A stretch of 64,000 nt of DNA, taken from Atractiella rhizophila. Lineage: Eukaryota. Shown one piece after another: positions 38,649 to 50,700 of this stretch. Within the stretch, counting starts at the first letter, position 1; each line of letters opens with the position of its first letter. Under the pieces are notes generated by a model that was given only the letters and a program-made list of their open reading frames with translations, was not told where the DNA came from and made no database searches. Where the stretch lies: the NCBI GenBank assembly GCA_021432655.1, contig MU271261.1, forward strand, positions 1 to 64,000, in the 5' to 3' direction. Made by a program: the position numbers and the translations under genes.

Positions 38649-39544
38649 TCAGTCAACTACATTGGTATGATAAGCAACATAAATTACAAACTCGCCATTT
38701 CCCAGCTCTGGAGGCAAAGCATGTCGATTCAAAGCGTATATTTTCCACCCAGTCCATTCTCTGAGAGCAGTTTCCAAGAACTCTCGGTGCACTTCTGCGC
38801 TACGAAGTTCCTGGACAAGGACAAAACATCTCGGGCAAAGTTGTTTAACCGTTCGAACGAAAGGTTGCAACAAACTCTCATTGAAGAGTACATCAACTCC
38901 AAGAACGACGTCCGGCCCTTTCTGTTCATCATTCTTGTATTGTGCCGTCCAATCCCTTTCTTCGATGTGTACATTTGCTGTGTACTTGGAGTTTGCCATA
39001 AGTGTCCTTTTTATGAGCTTCAAATTGTCCGAGAGATCACTACACGTCCATCGAGCAACTGTTGGCGAAAGGGCAGAGGCGAGAAATCCGGTCCCTGCGC
39101 CGAGCTCGTAGACATAGTTTTCAGAGTCGAAAATAGGGAAAGGGGCACTGAGTACGAAATCGGCGAAAAGTACGGAGACTCGCCAGAGAACTGAGCCTGT
39201 GTCGCCAGATCGAGACTTAAGGGAAGATGGAGATTGATGGACTTGAACTTCTCTCGATGAGGCAGATGCCCCAGAAGGCATTTCGATAGTCAACGTTGAA
39301 TCTTTTGACGAGAGGAACCCAAGCCCGGTACTCGATTCTTTCGGTTTATCGATGAATGCATCATAGACCTAGATAAATATATCAACACGACGTAATTCAT
39401 TATAAAATTTACCTCCTCGTCTGCGTCCTCTACTAGCCTCAACGCGACATCGTTCAATCGATGAAAAACAGGCCATTTACCTCGTCGAGCGATAGAATCT
39501 GTCAGAACCGCTGACTGGTCTTCCCAGAAGTCTTGCCAGGGCAT
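38649..39544 (-). CDS. Seven-beta-strand protein-lysine methyltransferase (Methyltransf_16, Rkm5-like)
   Basis: VEDADEE, intron, then QSPSSLKSRSGDTGSVLWRVS, YELGAGTGFL, WTCSD, ERDW, DVVLGVDVLFNESL, ELRSAEV..EFLE. Confidence 0.85.
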
Positions 39545-40538
39545 GTGTTCGACCGGTACTGCCTAAAGCGGATATGCGCTTCTTTAACATTCACGTTGAT
39601 GGCAGTGACTGGCTGAAAGTGCGCGAGCTTCATTTACACATTTCCGTGCAGTAGTTGGGCCAAGTTTGCGACGCATTCTTTTACATGCACCAGCTTGTGC
39701 AATTGTCAAGTGTCGACGACATCAGCTCAGAAAGAAGGAAAAAGAGAAAAGCGCCCAGATGCTAAAGGGTAGTACAAAGTGGTTCGGTAGTAGATCAACT
39801 GTGTGATGAAGGCTGGTCCCAGACGCCACCCGTCCAGTTTGAGCATATTTTGGGTTCCAACTACGGGATCCTTGCGACCAGAGTTCCTTAGAGGAGCATC
39901 CTGACTTTAAACAATCATCCAAAGGACATCTACAGAAATCTAAGGACATGACCCAGGGCATAATCTCCGCGACCTTCTCAATAAGTCTTGGTTTCAAGTC
40001 AAAGACTTGTTCCACAGTGCATACTATTTATTGATAGTGGTGCAGCTGTTTTGTAATATTAGTGCTCATTTTGATCTCTTTGCGTAAATTGGATGAATCC
40101 CAGAGTTTCCGCCAAGGTTACAGCCATAGCCTACGGGGCACAATGCATCGTGCACGATGCCCGCAGCATCTCCGGTAAAAGGAAGTCTCAGAAACTCCAA
40201 TCCTAACTTTTGTTCTATGAAAGGCTGCATTGTGGCGAAGAGGCATATGTTTACGGAAAATGTTGATGCTCCACATCACAGGTGCTCAAACCGACATGGA
40301 GGCAGCTGACTCTCCAGTTCTTGTCGAATATACCGTTCAGGCACGTGAAGAATGGAATCGATCTTCTTATTCCATCAATGTCTTCCGATCGAGCATTTAC
40401 CTTGCTCCTTCAGCAGAGCAATCGCAGGAGAAACATGGTTTCATTCAGACAACGGTGGTCGCGATCGATTTGCAATCGCCCTTTCTTTACCAAATTTATC
40501 TCGCGTCATGTTCTTCAGGACCCCTCAAAGCGTTTGTC

Positions 40539-42169
40539 ATGGCTGAAAAGACGATCTTGGCTCCTTCAATCATTATCTACGCAGACTTCACTTCTGGTTG
40601 TACCGCGCGACTGCTATTTCGTCAAACATGGGAGAGGGACCCGTTTGCAGAATTGCCCAATGAAATCATTCTTCACATTTTTGCTGAACTGAAGGATGAG
40701 AAAACTCTTGATTTTCACCAACGCGGCTCTTCGACTTTCTATCGCGATATCCAATCCGTCCGAGCTGTTTGCCGCCGCTTTGCCAAAATTGGACTTTTGA
40801 AGCTATGCCAGGTATTGGGTCGGTTTGTAGTCCAGCATCCAGGTACATCTCCCCAACGGCGCGAAGTAGCAGTAATCAGCTGATCGCAGATTACAGGGAC
40901 AAATTATCGTGAATTACAACGGGTCAAGCTGCCCATAGATCCTCTCAAGCTTTTCGAGGCTTACCCTACCGTGCTCGCGCCATGCCTTCAGACAATTGAT
41001 GCTTCGACAGGACCTTGGGCTGTCTGGATGCGTGTTTTCAACTCAAGTCATAACGTGATCAGTGTCAAGTTCTCCCTGCGTTGTCCATTTGCGAAATCGG
41101 CGCGAGACGCCGTTTGGAGGTCCCTTAGCCACTTACGAAATCTCAAACTGCTCGATACAACCAGTGAAAAAGAACAAGGCCAGAGACGTTGGAATTCTGC
41201 AGATCTTTCGGCCCTTCTCTCACACGAGTTTCAGGAGCTTTTGATCCTTGGGTTTAGAGGTTGGGACTTAAGCAACTTGTCCCGATCCACACAAATCAAG
41301 TTTGCGGCAAAGAGGCTTCGAAATTTAATGTTTAATGGATGTCTGATTTCGAAGGATACCTTCACAGCAGTGTTTCCCACGATCCGGCCACAGTGCAACA
41401 TATCTCCCTACTTCGTACCAGTTAAACAGAATCGACAGTTACGAGTTCGATCGTGCTTTACGAAATTGTTCACACCAGAAGATCTTCTCTCTTCCGTCGT
41501 AGCTCATACCGAAGATTTGCACGCTTTATGGGTGGAAATGCGTGGCCGTTACAGGAGAGTTCTCCAGGCAGACGTGCTCGTGCTCCCTCGACCCATAGAT
41601 CAATACATCAACAGATTGCGAAGTGTTTTATTTCGCCTCTTCTGTGGCTGAACTGTCGCTGAGATTTTTCAGGTCTCCGAAGACTCGTTATCGACGGCGG
41701 ACATGAGCACAGCGGCATCGTCTCCTCGCAAATTCTCTTAGCACTAAACGATTGTCCTTTTCTCTGGATGCTCAATCTGAACTGGGTCTACGTCGACGTT
41801 GATAGTTTACTCCCTTTTCTCTCTTCCCGTCGCAAATACAGAGACTTATGGCCAACAAGAGAGGAGATCACGGATGATCCAAAGTTTCGAGGTTTCAATC
41901 TGTCTCTTACATACTTCTGGGGAGATTGCAAATGGGATGCGGATGATTTTACTGTCGCATTGCGGCAGTTAGATGTAGACGCGACTGCTAGTGAATATAT
42001 GAAGTACTGGGATGAAGGTTTGTCTATCCTTTACATTCAACCAAGGTTACTTAGACTCATAATGCTCCCAGGCGATGAATGCGATATGGACTTTAATGCA
42101 ACGTGGTTTAGAGTCATCTGGAATAACGGTGGAGCTGGGCCAGTAGATACTGAGAGGTTCTGGGACTAA
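40539..42169 (+). CDS. F-box protein with LRR-like C-terminus (lineage-specific type)
   Basis: DPFAELPNEIILHIFAEL...IQSVRAVCRRFAKIG F-box motif; later exons have LxxLxxL repeats (LSHLRNLKLL, LQELLILGF). Confidence 0.75.
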
Positions 42170-42202
42170 CGTACACAAAAAAGTCACAGTTTAAATTGTG
42201 GT

Positions 42203-43472
42203 TCAGAAACCAGAGTTGTATGGTGGGGCGACATCTTTCACCACTTCCCAGAGATCGTCCATCGCATCCATAGCCCACTGATCCAGCGGTCCTTTGTCAA
42301 CCCACTGTAGCCCTTCCTGCAACTGGCTCTCCCCATTTGCCCCCAAGATCACGGCATCCCCTATTTCTCCCTTTAGTCCCGAATGATACACCAACCATCG
42401 AATAGCTATCTCCATCGCGGAAGGAGCCTGGGGTTGAGATGAAATTGTGGCGTGAAACTGTCGGAGGGAGGAGAAGTAGGCAGGTTTGTGAAACAAGTCG
42501 CGATATTTCTTTGCAACCATGTTGTCTCCAGAAAATCTAGATAGATGCCTTCAGAATGCAAGACCACCTCTAGGAGGAAGAAAAAATGCAGCGTGCCTTC
42601 CTGGAGCGTCTAGTCCAACAATGTGCTTTTCTTGGAAAAAGCCACCGGCGGTTGGGGAGAACGCGAAGAAAGAAATATTGTGTTTTCGCAGGAGGGGAAA
42701 GAGCTCGGTCTCGGGTGTTCTATGGCCTGGGATCAATATTCAATGCAATGATAACGGTCAAAGAACTCACCTCGCTAACCCATTATATACGCCAGTGTAG
42801 ACAGACACTTTGACTAAGCTGTGCTGCTCAGCAAGCTTGATGAACTCCTCGACATCAGTTGCGGAGTGGTTGGACAACCCAAACTAGGGAATATGAACAC
42901 CAATCAGTTACGCTCATGGCACGAATAGGAATCATGCTTTATCGAATTTTCCTTCCCTGTAGAGAATATCCACAGCTTTCAAAGTTTCAAGGATAGGAGT
43001 GGATCTGTCCGGCACATGGAGATAAAAAGTTCTAACTTTGCTAACTCCCAATCTATTCCCTCAGTCAACTAGTTATCTTCCAAGTTAATTTGTTTCGAGG
43101 ACTGACTTCTGCAAGCTGCTCTCCAAGCTCTTCCTCAGGCTCTCAAGATTATGAGCACCCGGTTTGACGTCGTAAGTGTCAAAATTGGGGAGGAGGAACT
43201 CTGCCTTGGTATCAATGATCCATCCCTTCTCACCCGCTTTGAAGTCGCCCAATATCCCCTCAGAAGGTCCGTATGAGGCCGCTGTGTCTATGCTGTGATA
43301 GCCCCTTGCAGAATACAGCGACAAATTTCGATGGAGCGAGTCGAGGGTGTTGAGCCAAGGGCTGCCAATATTTGCTGAATTTATGGAGCGTTAATGTCGG
43401 TAGATATGATGGAATATAGCAAAGACACGCACCTCCGCCAAAGACGATGTCTACGGGTACTTTGTTTGACAT
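42203..43472 (-). CDS. Aldo-keto reductase, aflatoxin B1 aldehyde reductase (AKR7)-like
   Basis: IVFGG, IDTAASYGPSEGILG, IDTKA, VRTFYLHVPDRSTPILETLKAVD, FGLSN, PETELFPLLRKHNISFFAFSPTAGGF, AIRWLVYHSGL, DAVILGA. Confidence 0.92.
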
Positions 43473-43707
43473 TTTTTTGTTCTGATAACTGGTGAAGAAC
43501 ACTATTTTTTCTGTGGATTATCCAGGCTACAGAAGGTGAAAGAGTTCATTTTAAAGCCTAGTATATTTGTAAGCGCAACCATCATTCACCTAATCACGAG
43601 AATCCTCTCATGAATCTCATCGCTCATCTCACTACTAGAGGATATTCGAAGCACTATTGCCTTACGGCATTCAATACGGATTTGCAGGTCAGCGAAAGAA
43701 TTACGAT

Positions 43708-43759
43708 TTGCTGACATTCGCACATCAAATATTACCAGTTGCTGACATTCGCACGTCAA
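43708..43759. repeat. 21-bp direct repeat TTGCTGACATTCGCAC(A/G)TCAA x2 with a 10-bp spacer
   Basis: Copies at 43708-43728 and 43739-43759, one mismatch. Confidence 0.85.
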
Positions 43760-44724
43760 GAATTCACTTATCGCCGATCCTCCTGTACTGAAATACTGAC
43801 AATTCTTTCTTGTAGGACACGTTCAAGCGGTCATGTCATGTCACTCTAACCAATAACAAACTCAGAAACGAACAGCTCAGCTGGGGTAGTGCCAAAAGTG
43901 ACGACTAGGTTTCAAATTCCAATTGATTGAATGCCGTCCTTACAGGACTGCTTCAGCTTCAATCAGAGGGACGTGTGCACCTGAAGCAAATACGTGCAGC
44001 GTCTCCATCCTGACGAAGCATCACAACATAAAGCACGCTCATGAATATTATCAACGACTCTTTACCACGATAGCCCTCCCAATGTAGAGACTATGAAGGG
44101 TGGAAGATTGGACAAGCTTTAATGATGGATTTCAAGAAAAAATGTCCTGACTCCTGGTGGCAATCCAATTAAAGATGGGACGCAAGCATGAAGCAGACAA
44201 CGGTAATAGTAATCGCAAAATATGAGGGGAAAAGAGGTTATTTGTGAGGGCCTTGAGAACGGCTCAAGAGGAGAGCTCACTCGAGTTTGACATGAAGACT
44301 TTCTTCAATGTAGCTTTGTCATATCAAGCCCGAGGGCCTCACATAGAGCGATAAGCCAAATCACACTCTTCCTCTACCCAGTAAACGGCTGAAGGCTAAA
44401 GCAACCACACCCTTCGGCACTGCAACCCATCTTGAGCGAGTCTGATGCTACGGTCTCAGTAATGCAATTTCTGCCCTACTCAATACTCCTCATCTAGATT
44501 TAGCATGACAGCAAGGTGAAGTTGCAATGGGTGCTGAGATTCGCTGAGATTGCAATTTGTGGTGTTGTGATCGACGGAGCGAAAAGAACACGTGTAAAGT
44601 TTGTGAAAGGTTCGTCAGACAAATTCTTCCAGCAGCGATCCATTCCACATTCGCTGTCCAGGTATACCACTATACCTCCTTCCCATTCCTAGCCCAGCAA
44701 CAGCGACAACCCGCCGTGGGTGCG

Positions 44725-47700
44725 ATGGAGCCGCCGCTCCCCTACTCAGAGAACGACATCTACGCACTCCCACCACCCGAATATACCGAGCAGTCCATTG
44801 CCAGCTCCACCGTCGCGGTTGGGGCAGGGCGGACGTCGTTTTCGACGCAGGGCGAGTTGGAGGATGTGGAGGAGCTGGAGGAAGACGAGGACAGGGAGAG
44901 GGAAGAGGAAGATGCCATACTCCAGGCGAGAGTCGCGGCGGCGAGTGCGGAGGGAAGGAATCCTCTCGAGCTCGGAGAATCGATCACGCACGTCAGACGT
45001 TCCTCCGTTTCGTCGGCAATAGCAAGGAGACCCAGTTTCTCTTCTCCTGGCGGGTTCACAATCGCTAGTCCGACAGCTGGAAGTTTTCTCGCTCAAATGG
45101 GCAGTCCGCCGCCTGTCCCTCCTCTCCCGGCTTCGCTGGCATCGCTAGCTAATCCAATAGGTGTTGGTGTCGGCGTTGGAGCTGACGGAAGGGATGGAAG
45201 TGGGAGGAGGAACCGTCATAGAGCTCATTTGAGGACGAGTTCGGACGGTTTATCCAACTTCCACGATACCCTCGAGGTGAGTCCCGAGTTGGAGGATCAT
45301 TTGGAAGGCGAGGGAGAGGGAGAGAGTCATGATGGACACGCTGGAGCCATGTCGACGGACGGACACGGGCATGCCATGTCTTTTCATTCCAGAGGACCTT
45401 CAATCGACGGTGAGGTAGGGACTGTAGAAGGTTCTACGTCGGCAGCGATGGAAGTGCGAATTACGGAGAGGAGCTATGAGGGTGAGCCTCAATCGTCTCC
45501 CTCCCTCGGGACGGAAGAAGAACACGGCTCGACTCCCATGCCACACCCTTCCCCTCTTCCCACAGCTGCCGCCTCCACGCGTTCCCTGCCGTCTCTCCCT
45601 CCCTCCACATCCGACTCCCATTCTTATCAACCAGATGATCTTCAGCCGCCGCATTCCGCAAACGAGGCAGTCCACCCTCTCCCTCCCCGTCCGCTAACAA
45701 CCAACACATCCATAACCTCTTCCTCCCCACGTGCTCCACTCTCTGCGAGGTCCTCGCGGCCGTCCATACGAAGTGCAACCTCCAGCCTTCCACCTGGAGC
45801 TGCGCGGACGCCGAGCGCGAGCGAGACGAGCAGTTTGCCCGATGGTACATTCTTGAGCGTCGCCAGTGGACCTCTGGTTGGCTTAGGAATGAGCGGGAAC
45901 GCGAGAGACGAGGTAGGTTTTCTCTCATCGTTTTGTTCCTTCCTTCTCCTCCTCTTTCTCTACTGGGCTTACCCAGAATTCGCTGATTTTGGGATGGGTT
46001 GGGATGGTAGACACGAGGTCCGCGGCATATTCCATTCATCTCTTCACTCTTCCGACGGTCCCCAGCGCACCAGAGTGCCGTTCTCCCAACTCCATCCTCT
46101 CCTACTCTCCCCGTCGCTCCTTCCTCCCCAACGAGCCCTACGCACTCTGCACACGCAAGGAGCCAGAGCACACCTTCCCCCTTGCCTTCTCCAGGTCTGT
46201 TAGGAAGGTCAGGATCGCTTTTGAGGGGGAGGCCGAGGAGTCCGCATCCTCCACTCACTCCGCGGGAGGAAGAGAGGGAGAGACCAGCGACTGCGGGTGT
46301 GGGTGACGAGAGAGCGAATGGAATTGGGAATGCGGAGACGAGGATGGGAGAGAGGACAAATGGTCCATTACCTCCTCCCCCTCTTCCACCTCAGGTACCG
46401 CAGCTGGAGAGGCTGAGGGATGCGCCGATTCAGTTCAAGAAACCCCCGACTCCGACTCAGATCAGAAGGTCGGATTTCGTCATCCCTGCTCAACTCCAAC
46501 CTCAGCCTTCGATCGTCAGAATGGACTTGACCCTGCACTCGCTAACTCCGAACATCTCCCTTTCTCGATGGGCTCAACCGCTCTGTGGAGCGGTGCTGGA
46601 TGAAAAGTATCTCTTGATCGGAACGACGTCTTCGTTGGACTTCTTGCCCATCTTGAGTGGAAGGAAGAGTTTGAGCTTTGGTTTGAATATGACCGGTCTG
46701 AAGGCTGGAGAGGGAAGGAGGGAGAAGGACGTTAGGGAGATGAGGCCGATTGGACTGATTAAGAAGTGCAGGTTTAGGCAGATTGAGATCTTGTCGGATA
46801 GAAGTAATATCTTATTGGCTATTGCTGGAAGGAACGATCACATTCGAGGTGCGTCATCCTTCACTCATCTTTAAGGAGACCCAGTTTCTCTTCTCCTGGC
46901 GGGTTCACAATCGCTAGTCCGACAGCTGGAAGTTTTCTCGCTCAAATGGGCAGTCCGCCGCCTGTCCCTCCTCTCCCGGCTTCGCTGGCATCGCTAGCTA
47001 ATCCAATAGGTGTTGGTGTCGGCGTTGGAGCTGACGGAAGGGATGGAAGTGGGAGGAGGAACCGTCATAGAGCTCATTTGAGGACGAGTTCGGACGGTTT
47101 ATCCAACTTCCACGATACCCTCGAGGTGAGTCCCGAGTTGGAGGATCATTTGGAAGGCGAGGGAGAGGGAGAGAGTCATGATGGACACGCTGGAGCCATG
47201 TCGACGGACGGACACGGGCATGCCATGTCTTTTCATTCCAGAGGACCTTCAATCGACGGTGAGGTAGGGACTGTAGAAGGTTCTACGTCGGCAGCGATGG
47301 AAGTGCGAATTACGGAGAGGAGCTATGAGGGTGAGCCTCAATCGTCTCCCTCCCTCGGGACGGAAGAAGAACACGGCTCGACTCCCATGCCACACCCTTC
47401 CCCTCTTCCCACAGCTGCCGCCTCCACGCGTTCCCTGCCGTCTCTCCCTCCCTCCACATCCGACTCCCATTCTTATCAACCAGATGATCTTCAGCCGCCG
47501 CATTCCGCAAACGAGGCAGTCCACCCTCTCCCTCCCCGTCCGCTAACAACCAACACATCCATAACCTCTTCCTCCCCACGTGCTCCACTCTCTGCGAGGT
47601 CCTCGCGGCCGTCCATACGAAGTGCAACCTCCAGCCTTCCACCTGGAGCTGCGCGGACGCCGAGCGCGAGCGAGACGAGCAGTTTGCCCGATGGTACATT

Positions 47701-50700
47701 CTTGAGCGTCGCCAGTGGACCTCTGGTTGGCTTAGGAATGAGCGGGAACGCGAGAGACGAGGTAGGTTTTCTCTCATCGTTTTGTTCCTTCCTTCTCCTC
47801 CTCTTTCTCTACTGGGCTTACCCAGAATTCGCTGATTTTGGGATGGGTTGGGATGGTAGACACGAGGTCCGCGGCATATTCCATTCATCTCTTCACTCTT
47901 CCGACGGTCCCCAGCGCACCAGAGTGCCGTTCTCCCAACTCCATCCTCTCCTACTCTCCCCGTCGCTCCTTCCTCCCCAACGAGCCCTACGCACTCTGCA
48001 CACGCAAGGAGCCAGAGCACACCTTCCCCCTTGCCTTCTCCAGGTCTGTTAGGAAGGTCAGGATCGCTTTTGAGGGGGAGGCCGAGGAGTCCGCATCCTC
48101 CACTCACTCCGCGGGAGGAAGAGAGGGAGAGACCAGCGACTGCGGGTGTGGGTGACGAGAGAGCGAATGGAATTGGGAATGCGGAGACGAGGATGGGAGA
48201 GAGGACAAATGGTCCATTACCTCCTCCCCCTCTTCCACCTCAGGTACCGCAGCTGGAGAGGCTGAGGGATGCGCCGATTCAGTTCAAGAAACCCCCGACT
48301 CCGACTCAGATCAGAAGGTCGGATTTCGTCATCCCTGCTCAACTCCAACCTCAGCCTTCGATCGTCAGAATGGACTTGACCCTGCACTCGCTAACTCCGA
48401 ACATCTCCCTTTCCCGGTGGGCTCAACCGCTCTGTGGAGCGGTGCTGGACGAGAAGTATCTCCTGATTGGAACGACGTCTTCGTTGGACTTCTTACCCAT
48501 CTTGAGTGGGAGGAAGAGTTTGAGCTTTGGTTTGAATATGACGGGTCTGAAGGCTGGAGAGGGAAGGAGGGAGAAGGACGTCAGGGAGATGAGGCCGATT
48601 GGACTGATTAAGAAGTGCAGGTTTAGGCAGATTGAGATCTTGTCGGATAGAAGTAATATCTTATTGGCTATTGCTGGAAGGAACGATCACATTCGAGGTG
48701 CGTCATCCTTCACTCATCTTTTTTGTTGTGAAGTTAGTAATGGTTTTGGTGTCGAATAGTGTACAGCTTGGACGTGATCAGATTTCAGATTGCAAAACGC
48801 ATGCGCAATTTGGAGGAGAAAACGGGATTCAATTTCGAGGCGGACCTGAACAACCTCCCAGGTTCTCAGGCCAGTAAAGGAAAAGGGAAAGCCTCCGCAT
48901 CCCCATCTATCTTGACAACGACACCATACTCTCCCACCCGGTCGAACGTCGCGTCCAAATCGACCTCCCTCGATATGGCAAGCACGGCATTCATGTCCTC
49001 CTCCCAGATGCAAGCCTCAGCTTCAACCAGTTCCGCAATGACTGCCCCCGTGGGACAGTATACCACCCCTCCTCCTATCCCTAGAACACCTCTGCAATCT
49101 GGTCCGCGACCGAAATCTACTATCGAGACCACTCCACTTTCGGCTGTGGCCGCTGGGAAGAGAAGAGCGGATCGCAGACTCAGTGCTTCGTTTTCAGCGA
49201 CGGAAATGACCATGACGAATACCGTTGGGACAGTCCCTGTTGGAGGAGGGACGGTGTTGAGTCCTCCACCCCCGTTCTTGCAAACTCCAAAAGCGATGAA
49301 GAGGAATTCGCTTTCGATGCTTCCCGGTAGGAAAAGGAAGGTGGGCCTGGGTTTGGGAGACAGTTTGATGGATGATGACTGGGAGAATATCGAGGATGCC
49401 AGCATTATTCCGTCAGTTGAGGGTGGGGCGGCGGAAGGGAGAAGGGAGACAAGGAGGTTAGAACCTAGGCAGGCGGCTAGCGACAACGACCCTCTTGCCA
49501 ATCTCAGAGCTGTGGCGGAGTTGGTCGGTACGCCACCTCAAACGTTAGGGAGAGGCAGCTCCAAATTGCAGAACATGGGGATGGGAGATGCTGTCGGCGT
49601 GCCCCCACCTCCCCAGAGGTTGCATGCCAGGGAGGCGTCTACGAGATCGCGCGAGGGCAGCTCAGATCTAATCGATTTCTTACGGGGCGGTCCGACCATC
49701 AATGGTCATGGCAATGGCCTCGTATCTCGAAATAGACCTTCGACAGGTAGTTTGAGCAACACTCCTACTACCCCAGAATTTGCACCGTCCGCCTCAATGC
49801 CGAATATTGTTCGCCGACCTAGCAACTCGAATACCCTCCAACCTCCTCCCGCTTCTTTACCACCAACCAGCTATCCCCTTCCCCCCTCTCCTCGTCCATC
49901 GACTTCTCAAGGTCTTCCTCCTTCTCCTTCATCGAGTCAAGCGAACATCAATGGTGTGGGCACACCGATGCGGCGGAAAACGCTAGAAAGCCGCTCTGCT
50001 GCAGTGACAAGGGAGAGGGATGACGGTTTGTTGGATCTGGCGAAAATGCTTCGAGAAACTGGACCTCCCACAAGACCGTTACCTGCTACCCCGTCCTCCC
50101 TGCACCACAGTCCGTCGATTATTTCTAAACTCAGGAAGAAACGAAAGTCAGATGCCTCCCAGTCAAGCTTCTCCAGCTCCACCTCGCCCCTTCCTCAACC
50201 TGGACGCCTCCCACCGAAATCTCCTCTCAAACGTGAAACTCCTTTGAACGATCATCCCCTACCTTCTGAAAAGCATGAGCGTGAAGTAGATGAAAAGGAA
50301 AAGGCGAGGAGCTCAAACGAGGCGGAGGAAATGAAGGAGGTGAAGAGGGAGGGAAAACCAACAGAAATCACACCTTCATCGAGTCCAATGCTTCGCGAAA
50401 CCACAGCAAGGAGTTCAGCTACTGCCGAAACAGTCAGGAGCAATGGAGCAGCTGCGTCCTCCAACCCGGTTCTCAGTCGAAGAAACTCGTTGGTGCCAAG
50501 GGGAGCGTCGATGGAGGGGCAGACTCATGCTTCACTGAGGGAGATTGCTAACTTCCTGAAGGAGGAAACTCCAGAAGGTACCCCTCCACCTCGGCGAGGC
50601 GACACGTCCGCACCTGGTTCCCTTCGCATACGAAGAGAACCGAGAGAACCGACTTCGAAACACAACAGTTATGGGTCTGGGGATGGTCCTTCGTCCGCCA

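Noticed and set aside
45400..48107. Long antisense ORFs (265 aa) over the CNH gene, and similar ones elsewhere
   Set aside because: Shadow frames of GC-rich low-complexity coding sequence.
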